This document shows, piece by piece, positions 1 through 13,655 of a stretch of 64,000 nucleotides of DNA. Source of the stretch: Lama glama (Eukaryota); the NCBI GenBank assembly GCA_028534125.1, contig CM052817.1, forward strand, positions 82,834,001 to 82,898,000. The letters run 5' to 3'. Position 1 is the stretch's first letter; every line of letters begins with the position of its first letter. The position numbers and the translations under genes are program-made. Below the pieces are notes generated by a model. It saw nothing but the letters and a program-made list of their open reading frames with translations. It made no database searches and was not told the DNA's origin.

Positions 1-329
1 AATTTTCATTTTACATAAAACTTACATCCAATAAATGCAGAAATCTGAATTGTACATTTGCTTAAGTTTTGACAGTACGTACATTCCAAAATTCTACAAG
101 GTAGAGTCATTACCATCACTCTACATTCAGTATTTTAAAAATAATTTTAACTCATATTCTTTTCTGTCTTATAGGGCCTATTACTAATAACCCTTAAAAT
201 AATTTATGATCCTTTTTTGTCAGCTTTAGAATATTGTGCCTAACCAAGTTGAGAATTATCAACATTCAATTGTTTCTCACACAGAAAGTTATTCAAAGAA
301 ATATGAAGCCTCAATTTATTGTTTGGGGG

Positions 330-2115
330 AAGTTTCCAGATTACAGAAGAGAAAGGGAGTATCCAAGTGCTGCCCAGTGGTCTCTCCAGTCAGAGGAAAA
401 CGAGATCAGAGGCGTGACGATCGTGACTAGGATTTGTGTTGCAAGAGAGTGGGGGACAACAGAGACAGCGAGAGTTCCAGGAATCTGCAGAGGGGTCCCC
501 TTTCCCCTTGAGCATTTGGTGGAGTACTCACTTACATACACCTGATAGAAAAATATCCAAAGTACCACTGGGGGAAAAAAGCTGAATAAGGAGTTCAGTA
601 GGGTAGAGAATAACTTGTTTCCCTGACAGTCAGAACAGAAAGATTTTCCAATACATGAGGCATGAGGCAGAGTTCTCAAAAGGGCATCACCTTAACAGCC
701 CAGCCAAGTCTGCCTCAGACTAAAGGTGGTTCTAAGCTCATCTTAAAGATGACAGACAAGTCATGAAAGGGTCAAACTGATTTCAAGTAACTTAACTGCA
801 TTCCAGAAAAAAATCTAAAATTATGTAAAGAAATAAATAAAATCCAGTACCCAATATCTTAAATTTACAGTGTTTGCCATGCAATTAAAAATTACCATTC
901 TTGTACAGAAACGTAATCCAGAGGAAGACGACTCAACCAATTAAAACAAAACCAGAAATGACAAAGATGATGGAAACAGGAGGAAAAGGCATTAAAACAG
1001 CTATTATAAATTTGTTCCATATGATCAAAAAGGACAAAGAAATTCTGAACATACTAATAAAAGAAATGAAATATATAAAAAGAGCCCAAATAAAACTTAT
1101 GGAGATGAAAAATACAGCATGTGAAGAATATACTGGATGTGATTAAGAGCAAATTAGACATTGCAGAAAGAAAGACTGGTGAACTTAGAGACATTGCCAT
1201 TGCAACTAATCAAAATAATGCCCAGAGAGGATAAAGAGGTTGACTAGAATATGAACAGTTTATCAGGGACCAATGGGCTATTATCAACTGTAATAAAATT
1301 AATACTTGTAACTGAATTTCTAGAACAAGAGTGCAATTGAAAAACATTTGAAGAAATGAAGACCAAAAGTTTAATAATTTGAGGAAAAATTTAAACCTGT
1401 ACTTTCAAATAGCATAACAAAATCCAAGTGGAATACTCTTAAATGAAACAACTCTTGAGTCCTATCACAGTGAAATCACCCAAAACCAAAGATACAGATA
1501 TACCTGTAGAGCAACAGAATAAAGACATACTGTGTATATAGGAAAACAGGTTAAAAAAAAACAGGAGACTTTTGCTGGGGAAAAAAAGCCACATCTTTAA
1601 ATAACTGAAAGGAAAAAACTATCAAATTATAAATCTGTGCTCAGCAGAAAAGCAAATCATTCAAAAACCAAGGTTAGATAAATACTCCCAGAAAAACAAT
1701 AGTTGAGAGAACTTATGTACAGTAGGCTTTATAAAAAAAGAGATGTTAAAGAAGTTACTTACGTAGAAGGAATATAATGTCAGGCGAAAACTTGGACTTT
1801 CTCAAAGGAATGAAGACCACCAGAAAGGGTAAATATATAGGTACGTATAGAAGAGAAGAATTCCCATATGTTTAAATCTATGTAAAGATAATGTAGTTTA
1901 GTGTAAAATTAAAAGTTAATTGGGTAGCTTTTAACATATGAGATGCAAAATGTCTGACAACAGTACAAAGGACAGGAAAGGAGAAAAGGATCCAGGTGTT
2001 TCTTAGATCACATGTAAGGTGGTATATAATTATTTGGAGGTAGACTAAGTTACAATGTATATTGTAAACATTCAGCAAAAAGTAAAATAAAATATCATCA
2101 AATAGAATGAAGTAA
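330..2115 (+). mobile_element. Old L1M-type LINE: 5' region and degenerate ORF1
   Basis: A-rich ORF1-like sequence (ggcattaaaacagctattataaat..., gattaagagcaaattagacattgcagaa..., gaacttagagacattgcc). The remnant frame 901..1146 gives KGIKTAIINLFHMIK...EMKYIKRAQIKLMEMKNT. Many stops. Confidence 0.8.
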
Positions 2116-2119
2116 GTTA

Positions 2120-2290
2120 AAACTGGGAGCTGCCAGCGTGAAGAAGGTATGTAAAGCCATGGGACTGGGTGAACATACAAAGGAGAGAATCCAGGGACTG
2201 AGCTATGGGACACTTCAACAGTAAGGATTTAGGAAGGTGAGAAGCAGGTAATGGAAAAAGTAAGGAAAAAAGCAAAGACAGACTAGGGAA
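2120..2290 (-). mobile_element. L2 LINE fragment
   Basis: gccatgggactgggtgaacatacaaagg...ggactgagctatgggacacttcaacagtaagg resembles antisense L2. Confidence 0.55.
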
Positions 2291-3039
2291 AGATTTCTCT
2301 TTCAACTCCTGGACTTGAGCATTTGCTTCTGTGACAACAATTTCATAGAAAGTTTCTCTCAAATGAAGGCCTGCACTCTTCTTAAAGGAATTTTTTTCTG
2401 ATGTTCTTAGATGTCTTCTGATGTCCTTATTAAATATATGTAGTTCTAATATTTTATGTCTTTGATGTTCCATACACTCACTTAAGCGAAAAACACTCTT
2501 AAAACTTAGAATTAAGTGTTTAAAGATAGGACAATCTAAGTATGGACAGACTTATCAGCACACCAATTTCAACATCATCTCTCGTGTAAAATAATAGGAG
2601 CATGATTTCTGCAGGTATCATGTAAGAAGTAACTGTACTTTCAAAATATATTATTTTCAATATCAGTTTGAATAATGCTACAACAGATAAAGAAACTCAG
2701 TTCTTTATAAACAGCTATTGACTGAAAATCCATATATGTTGCAAAGAAAACACTCAAGACTTCAGTGTGCTCAAGCAGACTTTTATATATACGTATAGTG
2801 ACTGCTCTTCCATCCTCACTGCAAATTAGACATAACCTTCATGAAAGAAAATTGTATCTGATTGAAGGATATGTTCATTCCAATTACCTCTAAAACTTAT
2901 GAAATTTGATATATTCAAATAATAATAAATTTACACGATTGTCTTGTTAATATCATTGTTTTTATGTTTAGATTTGACAGTACCTAAGAAATTATGACTT
3001 TCACCACACATGAATAAATTCACTTATGTCAGAAACAAT

Positions 3040-4965
3040 GTTTTAAAAAGTTATGAAAATGGAAGATTCAATATTGATTATCTATTTCCCACACATTAAC
3101 TGCAGTAAATTCCAGGAAGCATTTTAAAGACATTAACAAGCTGGTTCTGATTTATACAAAAATAGAGAATCTAGTACAGTCAAAAAAATTTTTGGAGAAG
3201 AACAGTACTAGAGAACTTATACTACCTGATTTTAATGCTTGTTATAAGGCTATGTAAAAAAGAAAAATACATTACTGGCAAAAAGACAAGACATATATGG
3301 AACAGAATGTAGAGGTCAAACAATGACACACTAATATGACTAATTTTAAACAAAGCACCAAAGCAATTCAAAATGAGGAAAGAAAAGTCTTTACAACAAA
3401 TAGCACTAAATTTGTCTACGTGTGAAAAAAATTAACTTTGACCCTTACTTTGTACCATACAAAAAAAAAAAAAAAAGACCTAAATGTAAAAGCTGAAACT
3501 ATAAAATTTCTAGAAGAAAACATAGGTAACTATCTCTTTACCTGGGCTAGGCAACAATTTCCTAGATACAGAAAACAATAGTTATAGAAGAGAAAAATAA
3601 TAAATTAGACTTCATCAAAATTAAAACATCTGCTCAGCAAAAACTGTCCTGTAAGAAAATTGACAGGCAAGCCACAGTGAGAAAAAATATTTGAAAAACA
3701 CGTATCTGATAAAAGAATTATATATAAGATAAAAAGGAATTTCATAATTCAAAAAGTAAACACCTTAATATAATGGACAAAACACCTGAACTACATTTCA
3801 CAAAGGAAGATATATGCATATTAAACAATACTCAACATCAGGCTAGCAATCAGACAAATGAAAACTAAGTATCAATGAGACAGCACTATGTAGTCACTAG
3901 AATGGCTAAAATATAATGGAATACAAAGAAAAATGGAAAATCCAAGTGTTGGTGAGGATGTAGATCAAGTGAAAATACTGGTCGAAATATAAAATAGCAC
4001 AACTATTCTGACACAAGTTTTGACAATTTTGTATAAAATTATATATATAACTACCCTTTGTCTAGAAATTCAACTCCTAGCTAGTTACCTAAGGGATATG
4101 AATATATAAATCTACAGAAATAGATTATATAATGTTCGTATCAGATTTGCTCAAAACAGTCAAAACCTGGAAACAACCTATCAGTAAGAAAATATATAAA
4201 CAAATAGATGAACAAATTGTTCTGTATTCACATAGTGGAATACTACTTGGCAATAGAAAGGAATAAATATCATTTTACAATGATGTAAAAAAATGATACA
4301 GATGTTAACAAACTTCAGGTAACAATACTATATTGTAAACTTGAAAACTGCTAAGGGAGTAGATAGTAAATATCCTCATCAGAAAAAAACAAAAAACGGT
4401 AACTACGTGAGGTGATGAATGTGTTAACTAGCCTTTTTCTGGTAAACATTTTGCAATATATATGTGTATCAAATCATCACATTGTGCATCTTAAAGTTAC
4501 ACAATGTTATGTGTCAATTATATATAAATAAACTTGGGTAAATTGCATTAAAGAGGAAAAAAGACACAGATGAAATACATACTGGGAGAAAGAAACCAGA
4601 TATAAGAGAGCACATTCTGTATGATTCCCTTTATATGAAGGGCTAGAATGAGTAAAGATAATCAAGGGGGAGAAATGATTAGAATAGCAGGGGAGACGGT
4701 ACTGACTGGGGAAGGAGATGAAGAAAATTTCTAGGGTAAAAAAAAAATCTGTATCTTGACAGATTTGTGTGTTACATTTCGATGTACATACATGTCACCC
4801 AAAAAACTACAAATAATAATTAAGTGGCTGGGGTGGGCTGGGGGATGGTGCAGATAAAACTAGAATGGTATAATACTGATAGTTGTTAAAGTTGGGTATT
4901 AGGTGATACATAGGGGTGCCTTACACTATTCTAATTTAAATGTATATATTTAAAATTTCCATAGG
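3040..4965 (+). mobile_element. Old L1M (L1MD/L1ME-like): 3' end of ORF2 and 3' UTR
   Basis: ORF2 C-terminal hallmarks (aaaactataaaatttctagaagaaaacatagg, ttagacttcatcaaaattaaaac, caagtgttggtgaggatgtaga, tggaatactacttggcaatagaaaggaat) followed by an L1ME/MD-like tail (ctgatagttgttaaagttggg...ttacactattct). Confidence 0.85.
4315..4540 (+). mobile_element. L1MA8/L1MA9-like 3' end nested in the older L1
   Basis: caatactatattgtaaacttgaaaactgctaagggagtaga...ggtaactacgtgaggtgatgaatgtgttaactag...tcaaatcatcacattgt...tgtcaattatat; the host L1 3' UTR resumes at about 4570. Confidence 0.75.
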
Positions 4966-5544
4966 CAAAAGCAATGCTTTATTCTATTTTTTGGTATATA
5001 TGTACAAAGGCAAGACTGAAGACATCCTTGAAGTTACAGATCACATTTGTCAAGTTTTGAGACACAAGTTAAATTTTTATGCATTCTAACTCCATTTAGA
5101 TCATTTTATTTTGCATATAACTTTCACAGAAACTTAATACTAGTATCATATTTACATTTGTAAAGTATGAATTGTAAGTTTGTTAAGGATTTATTGGCAC
5201 TTCCGCAAAACCATGGAAGAGTTCAAGTTTAAGTCAGAAAATTTTTAATCCTCATTGACTAGTGACCTCAGATAAAGCCATTTCATGGCGCTAAGCAACA
5301 TTTTCCCTATTTGAGTTGGGACTATCATCAATGATCTCATTTAATCTTCACAAATGACCCTGAGTAAAGTGAAATAAATATCCAGTGTGTTGAGAACACT
5401 AATAGATATTAAATAAAATTTGGTTTTATCAAAGTTACCAGTGTTTCCATAACTAACTTATTTTCTTTTTAACAGTATCAGTTATTATGCTCAAGACTGC
5501 TATAGTATTAGCAATGGATAATTCTGAATAAGTTCACATAAACG

Positions 5545-5745
5545 TCTCTAGCCAGTAGTCAACAAGGACCGAGGACTGCCGTCAGCCCCAGGGATGACTG
5601 CGGCCTCATGAGAGACCTTGAGACAGAGGTAGCCAGCGAGGCCATGCTTTCCCTAGCCCACAGAAATTTTCAGATAACAAAGTTTAATGTGTTAATCAGC
5701 TAATTTTTAGGGTAATTTGTTATAAAGCTATACGTAACTAATACA
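5545..5745 (+). mobile_element. MaLR LTR fragment (MLT1E/F-like 3' half)
   Basis: gactgcggcctcatgagagaccttgag...cccacagaaattttcagataac...gtaatttgttataaagctatacgtaactaataca; ends in the MLT1 terminus aactaataca. Confidence 0.8.
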
Positions 5746-6652
5746 AAGAACAAGAGAATTGCGTTGTCTGCCATGAGGCAAACCAGCCAGGCTGGATCAC
5801 TTGCCCACGATGAACTTCTCATGTCAAGCCCCTGCTTTCTCCCACCCAAAGGTAGGCTTGAATTTAAAAAAAAAATTAAGTTTGAGTAAATTTATAAATT
5901 ACCTCTATTATCAACCTTCACAAGGTATAAAATATTAACCATTAATATTAAATTTTTGAGTACCACATGTCTACCTTATTCAAAACCCGTAATTGTTTTC
6001 TCATATTTATTTCACTGTTTTAAGAATACTAAATTTGAAAAATAAAAATGGGGCACAAATAACCTACTTATCTCCATAAATGGCTCCTCAACTAGAGCTA
6101 TAGTAGACTTTAACTACAATGCCACATACTGGGATTAAAATTTTTTTTATCAAGATTTACGGGCTAATAGAAGTGAATTATAGTGTTCTGCTCAGCCTCA
6201 CTTGTCTGTGCTCCCCTCAGTCATGGATACTGGTTATCATTCACTGCAAGCATCACACTCAACGCTCCGTGTACTACCTCGGGTGTGCTCGCCTTTGAAG
6301 TGGAACAATCCCACTACAGAGCTATTTCGTGACAAACGAGGAAAGTTCTTTCAGTGCTTGCTTATATCACACCTTCTCTATCCCTAGAAGTGTTCCCACA
6401 TGCAATAATTTCATACAAGTGAGCCGAACCCAAGAAATGTACTATTTCCCAGGACTGTAACTTTATAATTGTCAAAACTGATTTAAAATCAAAACAAAAA
6501 ACTGCAAAACAAATTAAGACAGAAAATGAATAAAAGTGGTTTTAATTTTTAGAACTTTAAGGTTTTTGTTGTTGCGGAAAAAAAAACCAGATTTTGGCAT
6601 AAATGCAATTTTTCCACCAAGCAAACTGCAAAGGAGACATCTCTGTACAGGA

Positions 6653-6668
6653 CTGCCATCTAGTGGGC
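6653..6668 (-). promoter_or_regulatory. Candidate CTCF binding site
   Basis: The - strand reads GCCCACTAGATGGCAG, a near-ideal match to the CTCF core CCACYAGRKGGCR. Confidence 0.6.
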
Positions 6669-7689
6669 AGTCCAGTGGGGCTATCTAATAATGGTTTATA
6701 ATTAACACTTAGCTTGGTAATGGTCAGTCAAGCCACTTTGGTCCACAAGCATTTACTGAGCACCTGCTATGACTGTGGGAGATTTGTTTTTAATGACTCA
6801 AATGTAAAATTCAGACCCTGAGTTCAAATATTCATTCACTGTTTTACCTAGAATTTTTGAAACCACAATCTGCTATACAGTATCTTTTAATCTCAATGAC
6901 TTGACTTTATTTTAAAGGTATCATGATATGCAAAAACCTATCACCTAGTCTCTTATGAATTTAAAAGAAAGTATGAAAGAATACATGAAGAGTTGTTTTG
7001 AATCAAACCAGAGCTTTGGAGCATCAATGTATGGTGTAAATGCAATTAATACTGATTTCTACTAGTATCTTTTGTTAACAACTAGCAAATTTCCTCAACA
7101 AAAGTTATAGTTTTCCGTAAGCAACAAAACGATATGTGACAGGCTCAAGATTACATTTTATCTATGGAGTGTAAATGACGTTTTAAAGAAAACTCAAGAC
7201 CACTCTGGATGAAAATGTATGAATCTTATAAATTTAGTAAAAGCTAAAAGGTAAAATAGATGTATAAATGAATTCAGTATAGACAATAATAATGCTTAAG
7301 AACCACTAAAAGGCTTCTGTTTAATATTTTAGAAACAGCAATTCCATCAGTAGTTTTTATAATAGTTTACTAAAATGAAAAAATAAAAATTTAAAGAGGC
7401 ATAGAAAATTATTTTAAAATTAACCTAATTATGAAAACAGCATGACATATATTTGTTCATTTTAATTGTATTTGTTGCAGAATTTTTAGACTGGCAATTG
7501 CAAAACACACACACACAGACCTCTTTAAGACCAAAAACAAGAACACTTAGTGGACTCAGAATAAAGGATTATAGTTATTCATGAGATTATAATGATATAT
7601 TTCTGAGGTCATTAGAAAAACTTAGTCTCTAATATTTTTCACAGTTAGCTAAAAATAAGTTGCAATTTGTATAGTGCTTTGCAGTTCAA

Positions 7690-7840
7690 ATGATTCTACA
7701 AAACTTACTTTATTCACACATCTGTGAGTAGATATTTGTTTCCAATTTGACACATGAGATATTTAGGTTTCACAAAGTTGACAGTACTTCTGTCTCTTCA
7801 GTCACACAGTTTTATCTGGAAAACGGTTGAGATTTCTGTT
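7690..7840 (-). mobile_element. MIR SINE fragment
   Basis: tctgtgagtagatatttgtttccaatttgacacatgagatatttaggtttcacaaagtt...gtcacacag resembles the antisense MIR core. Confidence 0.55.
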
Positions 7841-9829
7841 ACTAGAAGATGTAATTAACCCTCTATTTTTTAGTGTAGTCAGTAGACTTAAGAATCAGAG
7901 GGAAAATCCAAATCTAATTTTAAGTGCACTTTTCTACTATATATTTGGTAGAAAACCATGCTTTACTGCCCTAACTGTATATACACTGTGCAGAAGAGGA
8001 AAGCTAGCTTTGGGAGGATTTACTTCTTATTGCAAATTCCTCATTCATCTATCATTATTACTTGTGTAGGTGCTAATATATTTCTATAAATACATTTCAC
8101 CTGAATTTTGTGAAATACTTTTGTAATCCAAACCTTACTAATTCTTCCCTTTGAAAGACTGTTTACCATTCAAGTGCATGCAGTTAAATCCAGCGTCAGT
8201 TTTCTAACATATGCCTACATTTGTTTCGTTTGTTCATCAGTTTTGGTGTTTGGGGTTTCTTGGATTCTTTTTCGCTCTCTGCATGTTCCAGCATGAATTT
8301 TACGTGGCACGTGATCATGCAGTGCTTCTCTGGTACCCATCCTACCAGTGTGATTCCTCATCACCACCACTATCACTAGAAGCACTACAGGTTTTATGGA
8401 AAGATCATAAAAGACTTTAGTTGCTATAGTAGTCCCTTCAGATATGAATATAGTGATAATAATGCAGTGTTTTCTTTGTCATTTAAAACATCATGGCATT
8501 GTTTAATCAAGTTAAATAAGTCTGGTGTCTGGAGACGTTGTTCTCACTGTCGGTGTAGTCTTGTAAGTCATTTTTCTCTCTTCTAGTCACGGGTTCCTCA
8601 TTTACAAATAGAAGATAAAACACTGGACTTATATGAGATAAAACTGAAATTATGTTTTAATGCACATAATAAAGCATAAACATACAAAATTTACTCTAAC
8701 ATAGTAAGTTTATATAAGATTTATCATCTTTCAAATAATTTTATTACTTGTGCATGCACACACGTTAATTTAACCAGCTCATACCCTTCAAGCTAACTTT
8801 TTACACAAAACCAAGAAACTGCATAATCCTGGAAAATATTGACGACACTTGCATCGTGATTTGGGGAAGAAATGGGGAGTTTCAAGCTTGTGTGTATGTA
8901 GCCTTATCTTGGTTTTACTGAATTACTCTTGAGGTATTTTTTTTTTCTTAATAGTCATGCATTCCATTATTCTTGCTTTAAAATGATAGTCTACTTTGAA
9001 ACTAAAGATTTATACAACAGACTCTTCATTTAAACCTCGTGTAAAGAAATAAAATCTTTATGTCCACACATTTTGAGGTTCTACCTTCATGCATTTATTG
9101 TGTTATATTTCCCAGCTTTCTCGTATTTAATATTATATGGCCTGTTCTCCACTTTCAGGTAGTAAAAGGGTAGAAGCGAAGATTCAATAGATAGGGGGAC
9201 TGTAGAAATATATTTTAATTAAAAACACCTTGGACTAGCAGTCTTTGCCCAGCTTCAAAATAGGTTGTACCAATGCTAATGAGCAAATAAGAGGTCTGAT
9301 CTGTTCTTCAATGGTGCCTGGTATGGTTTGCCATGTGCTGTTGCATACTGACCTAAAAAATGGCTGCTTGGAATTCAGCTAAGGTCACTTAATCACTGAT
9401 TAGCAGTTTTTCATTTGCCTAAAGAAAAAACAGGGGAATCAAAATATAACTCAAGCCACTATGCTTGGAAGAATCAAGTAAGACTGAACATTGGAAGAAC
9501 AAATTCCAAGAAATCTTTAGTAGAAGTTGTACATTGAATTGGTCCAGCTTCTCCTTTAACATATTAGCCTTCTTCTCTACTCAACCGTCTTTGGGCAAGT
9601 TTTACAGATGAACGCACAAACAAATTTGAAGTATATCTCAGAATGGCTGTAGGACCAAACTGTTTATGTGCCCTGGCCCCCATTTACGTGTATTAGGTAC
9701 TTACAGACCAAAATGTTAGGCACTTAAAATGTCCCTGTCCCATATCTCTAGTGGTTAAATAAGAGGGAGGCTGTAACTGCGTAATAACCATTTAGGGTGG
9801 TCTAGTCTATGAAGAAAAGCCCTATGAGT

Positions 9830-10260
9830 ATGAAACTATCACACTCTGGATAATTAGTGCCAACCCCCTGCAAGACTACCTCCTGTCCTAAAACATGGAC
9901 TGGGGACTCACTCACAGGGGATCAGACAGTCAGCAAGTTCAAGCAGAATATCTAATGGACTTGTCGCTTGAACGGTGGAGACATGAAAACGTGGGATTGG
10001 GGGGCAGCCATTTTCTGCCCTGTGATCCAAGTAATAGAGAAATCTCACCTGCAGAGGGAAAATCAAACAGCAGTGAGAGAGAGAAGCACAGACGAGAGTC
10101 AGACGGTGTACATTTTATGTTCCACAAGGGTTTTTTGTTCCTGTTGCTGGTTTCACTTCCTGTCAGTTATACCCAGTTGCACTTCTGCACTTTCAGTTCC
10201 ATTTAAAAACTACAAACAGAACCTGTGCATCCTTAAAGTATATTTCTTTGTCAGTGTGTT
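9830..10260 (+). mobile_element. Old MaLR LTR remnant (MLT1J/K/L-like)
   Basis: gggggcagccattttctgccctgtg...gagagagagaagcacagacgagagtcag...tttcagttcc is typical of old MLT1. Confidence 0.5.
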
Positions 10261-11574
10261 TAAGCTATCTTGAGTCGATATTGTATTTTCAACCAAAAAA
10301 CCTTTACACACCAGATCATGGGAGGGAATTCTGAAGGGATGGGGAATGAAATAGCTTATTCTAGAACTTAAAGTCCCTTTGCAAAAGCAAGTCATCTAAC
10401 ATGAGTATTTTAAAAACCACAAGATTTTCTCAGGAAATAAATATTTGAGATCTTTCTTCCAACTAAAGTCACAATGTTTTTACCCTTTGCAGAGCCTCTG
10501 CTTTCTTCTCATTGATATTCCACCAAAATTCCACCTAACACTTCTATTTCATAAGTAGCACATTTTAAATGATTAAGTTGACCAATATTAATTATTAATA
10601 TAATATATTAATTAGATTTGGGTTAAATGGAACAAACTATGCACTTACTCAACTGCTAAATTAGCAAATATGTTGGTGTCTATGTGGCCTGTGTAGTCTC
10701 TTGATAGTACTAGAAGTACTGGCTTCTGCAAACCCAGGAATAGGATTGGACCATACCACACAATGCAATCTTTTGTGAAAGAACATCTAAAAGTAATGGA
10801 ATTTACTTGAACTTTATGCCCAAGGAAACTGGATACCCAGTATACTAAGGTTTGATATTTACATTTTGTTTTAATCTGAATGAACATCAATTATACATGT
10901 GTCTGGTGCAGTGTCAAACTTAACTGAAGAATGTGCATAATTTATTATAATAACCTGCAGATTTTTCGAATGACAAATATTGCCAATATTATAATTCACT
11001 CTGTAGGAAATATAAAGCCCTCTTTTATTTAAAAACATTACTACAGCTATGTCATCTGGCAAGAGAAATTCTGTCCCATTCTTTATGTAGGACATCGGAT
11101 TTTCTTCCCCAAATAATCAAGAATTCCAGAAACACTCTGGGAAAAAATTCTATTGCTTAAGCTTGCCTTCCATATGCATGTATTTTTTATCATTGTCTTT
11201 ATTTATTTCAATCTTGGCTTAAGTAATTGTCCCTTTTTAGTGTTAAAATCTGAATGTGGAGAGTTCAAAAATACATAATTAAAAATAAACTTTAGAATTT
11301 TTACAATGGGGTTTTCAGTATTTTTACAATAGGGTTTTACTGAAACATACCTTTTGTATGTATTTTCTACATACAAAAATCTACAGATAAATTTTTTTTC
11401 ATTGAAATAAATTCCATGTAATATGTATATTCTGTTTTCATATTCATGAAAAATGTTTCTGAAGAACTGTTGATTCTGGAGCAGTGAGTTCTATATTCAA
11501 TAATAAGCACATACTTCACATAAAAAAGCAAATATTTTATTCATGGGATCTCACTTCAAAATTGGTCTTATAAA

Positions 11575-11745
11575 GTTCTAACAGACTTTTCCATGATGGA
11601 AATTCTCTATATTTGCACTGTCCAATACAGTAGCTGCTAGCTAGATGTATTTATTGGGCACTTAATATACATCTAGTGTGACTGATAAACTAAATTTTTA
11701 ATTTCACATAATTTTGAATCATTTAAATATAACATTGAATAGCGA
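11575..11745 (+). mobile_element. MER3 (hAT-Charlie) DNA transposon fossil
   Basis: actttttccatgatggaaattctctatatttgcactgtccaatacagtagctgctagctagatgtatttattgggcactt...gtgactgataaactaaattttta. Confidence 0.8.
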
Positions 11746-12219
11746 CAATCTAATGAGAATTGAGAACATGGAAAGAACATAGAAAATATGATCATTCAAT
11801 GATATTAGATCATTCAATGACAAAAAGATTGGAAAGAACTTTGAAAGGAAGGCAAGGCCCATTGTCTATAAAATGTGTTTGTATGAAAGATAATCACATT
11901 TTTAATGTTTAGAGGAAGGAAGACTATAAAGGAAACTACTGAAAAGAAAAAAAATAGTTTATGTATAAAAGACACCATATTTCTGGTGTGGCAAAAATCT
12001 AGAGTTGACAGGGAGGAACAGAATCTACAGTAACATAAAAGATTTTCCCTTGAATCATGTGAATTCTTCTTCCTTAATGCATGAACAGTGAGGATAAAAA
12101 GACTAAGGCATGCATACTTTAAGGCAGAGGGGAGGTAGTAGAGGAGAATTCATGTTGGATACTTCTAGCTTCTAAGAGTGAGGAAAATAAATACTGGCGT
12201 TATCAATTTAAAAACTGCA

Positions 12220-12920
12220 CTCAAACAACCTGCAAGTGCCTATATTCTAAGGATTATACCCGGACATGGAAGATAAAGAAAAACTTCTCACTGCTCTTCA
12301 GGGACTCACGGTCCAATGATGAGACAGACATGCAGCAAAATACACTGAGAATCACTATGGTAAAGGCACATACAAAAGTGAGATATGGGTACAAAGGAAG
12401 ACATAACTTTCTTCTAGGGAAATGAAATTAGATTGATAGTTAGGATTAAGAAAGTCTGAAGAGGTGACAAACCTTCCTTGAAAGACAGATCAAGAATAAC
12501 AATTCTTATACCAGTATTAAATAACATGTGCAAAGGCCTGGCACAAAGATTCTTAAATTTTATATGATAAGAAATGCCTGTATTTATACATATAGAGAGA
12601 GACTATTTGAGAAAAATGATTCAAATTTTAGAAAATAAAAGACATCAACTATGGGTCTGAATACTCCTGGTGGAGAAAGTTGGACTTGAGAAAGATCTTT
12701 AAAAAGATCAATGGACTTTAGGTAGGCTGATAAATATGGGCAGGCGATTTTATTCACTGCAAGGTATTATGATAATAATAGCCATAAAGAAACTGGTTTT
12801 GTTAAAAAAATGGTTATTTACAACAAAAAATATATACAAAATAATGAAAGAAAATTTGGGGTTGATAGATTGATTCCAGATTGTGAGATACCTTGAATGT
12901 AGGGCTGAAGAATTATTACA
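12220..12920 (-). mobile_element. L2 LINE fragments
   Basis: caaacaacctgcaagtgcctatatt...ctcttcagggactcacggtccaatg...acatgtgcaaaggcctgg...ccagattgtgagataccttgaatgtagggctgaagaatt. Confidence 0.6.
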
Positions 12921-13109
12921 CCTTCCAATCACTCATAAACACATCCCCCAGAATCACGGAGCCATAGTTACAACACAATTTTTCAAAGAGTTTCAGTTAG
13001 AGATAACTGAATATTAGGGATAAACAAGCATTATTGGAAGTATATACTAACGGTACACTGCCCATGTCCAATCTACAATCAGTCTATATACTCTAAGTCT
13101 TCACCTGCC

Positions 13110-13470
13110 TATTATAAGAAACTGACTGACAATCTATCTTTTCTGGCTGTTACATAGGCCAGAGTGTCAAGGAGTAAATAATCAATTATAGAAAGAAATT
13201 GGTAGATGAAGATCCCAGCTTCCACAACCCTCAGGAGGAACAACTTTATGTTGCACTCAGTACACTTTCAACAGAAAGACCCAGATCAGCGGATGCTTTA
13301 ATACTCACAGTAGTAACCTGTTCAACGTACCCTATATTGGATTTCAACCCTAATCGGTCGCATATCCCCAACCCTTCCAGGGCCTTTTGGTACAAATTAC
13401 CAAATGAACTATTTTCATTCAAACTCTTATCTCACGGCCAGCTTCTAGGGGAACGAAGCCTACCACAATT
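13110..13470 (+). mobile_element. ERVL LTR (LTR16-like)
   Basis: cccagcttccacaaccctcaggagg...ccaaatgaactattttcattcaaactcttatctcacggccagcttctaggggaacgaagcctaccaca is an LTR16-type 3' end. Confidence 0.7.
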
Positions 13471-13580
13471 ACTACCACAAGTGGTTCTAAGAATCAGATC
13501 CTAAGGATGGGATTGTGGAATTGGATCACTTATCACTCACACAGCCACAAGGAGCCAATTGCTGGCGATAAGTGGGACAG
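13471..13580 (+). mobile_element. Start of an ERVL internal region (ERV3-16A3_I-like leader with eroded PBS)
   Basis: Directly after the LTR: accacaagtggttctaagaatcagatcctaaggatgggattgtggaattggatcact. Confidence 0.6.
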
Positions 13581-13655
13581 AAAACACAATCTGTTTTAAC
13601 CCATCTCTATTTAGTCATCGAGGATTTCCCACCATGGGTTTTGTATACAACCCTA

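Noticed and set aside
2117..2473. 118-aa minus-strand ORF with a protein-like stretch (DIRRHLRTSEKNSF...AQVQELKEK)
   Set aside because: It runs into an L2 fragment, has no usable splice donor, and resembles no protein I know.
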